From NCBI RefSeq assembly GCF_964188315.1, contig NC_135656.1:62868001-62932000 (forward strand): a stretch of 64,000 bases of DNA. The letters run 5' to 3'. This document shows, piece by piece, positions 63,830-64,000 of this stretch. The DNA comes from Podarcis muralis (taxonomy: Eukaryota). The notes under the pieces were generated by a model that saw nothing but the letters and a program-made list of their open reading frames with translations, did no database searches and had not been told where the DNA came from. The translations under genes and the position numbers were made by a program. Position 1 is the first letter of the stretch. Each line of letters opens with the position of its first letter.

Positions 63830-64000
63830 GGGAAGAAGTAAAGAACCCCACAAAAGCCATCCCAATGGGGATTGTTCTCTCTCTGCTCATCTGCTTCTTA
63901 GCCTATTCCGGTGTTTCAGCTGCCTTGACCCTGATGATGCCTTACCACCTTTTGGACACCATGAGCCCTCTGCCAGTGGCTTTTGAATACAATGGATGGA
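63830..64000 (+). CDS. CAT transporter coding exon 5 (partial, runs off the window)
   Basis: (G)[56 protein letters not shown]. Confidence 0.96.

Noticed and set aside
1-64000. CRISPR arrays, rRNA, intact tRNA/snRNA genes, endogenous viral ORFs
   Set aside because: None seen; the DNA is eukaryotic, and all pol III box-like motifs other than the tRNA-His half belong to SINE heads.

Overview
Vertebrate genomic DNA from a squamate reptile, most likely a lacertid lizard (inferred from Sauria SINE, Squam3-type SINE, BovB, CR1 and hAT/mariner MITE content). (1) Annexin A6 (ANXA6) lies on the minus strand. Exons equivalent to human 2-4 (44776-44831, 38160-38250, 37841-37935) and 22-26 (33857 down to the stop at 30048) are clearly visible. 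Exons 5-21 are absent and must lie in the 200-N assembly gap at 35706-35905. A CpG island at about 50.9-51.4 kb is its probable promoter. (2) A cationic amino acid transporter (SLC7A1/2/3-type CAT) starts at 59495 on the plus strand, head-to-head with ANXA6. Five coding exons are in the window and the gene runs off the right end. Human has no CAT gene at this position, so it may be a fourth whole-genome-duplication paralogue lost in placental mammals (inference). (3) A second CpG island at about 15.9-16.6 kb carries NF-kB, AP-1 and Sp1 motifs. By synteny it is probably the promoter/non-coding first exon of TNIP1, although no TNIP1 coding exon was found, so 1-16 kb would be its first intron. 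The rest is intronic/intergenic DNA rich in old and young transposable elements. Small-scale oddities include a tRNA-His 5'-half retrocopy with a target-site duplication, a MITE whose flank was overwritten into a 180-bp palindrome, and a broken Penelope hammerhead ribozyme. Almost all ORFs in the supplied track are spurious. All coordinates and motif counts were obtained by hand.
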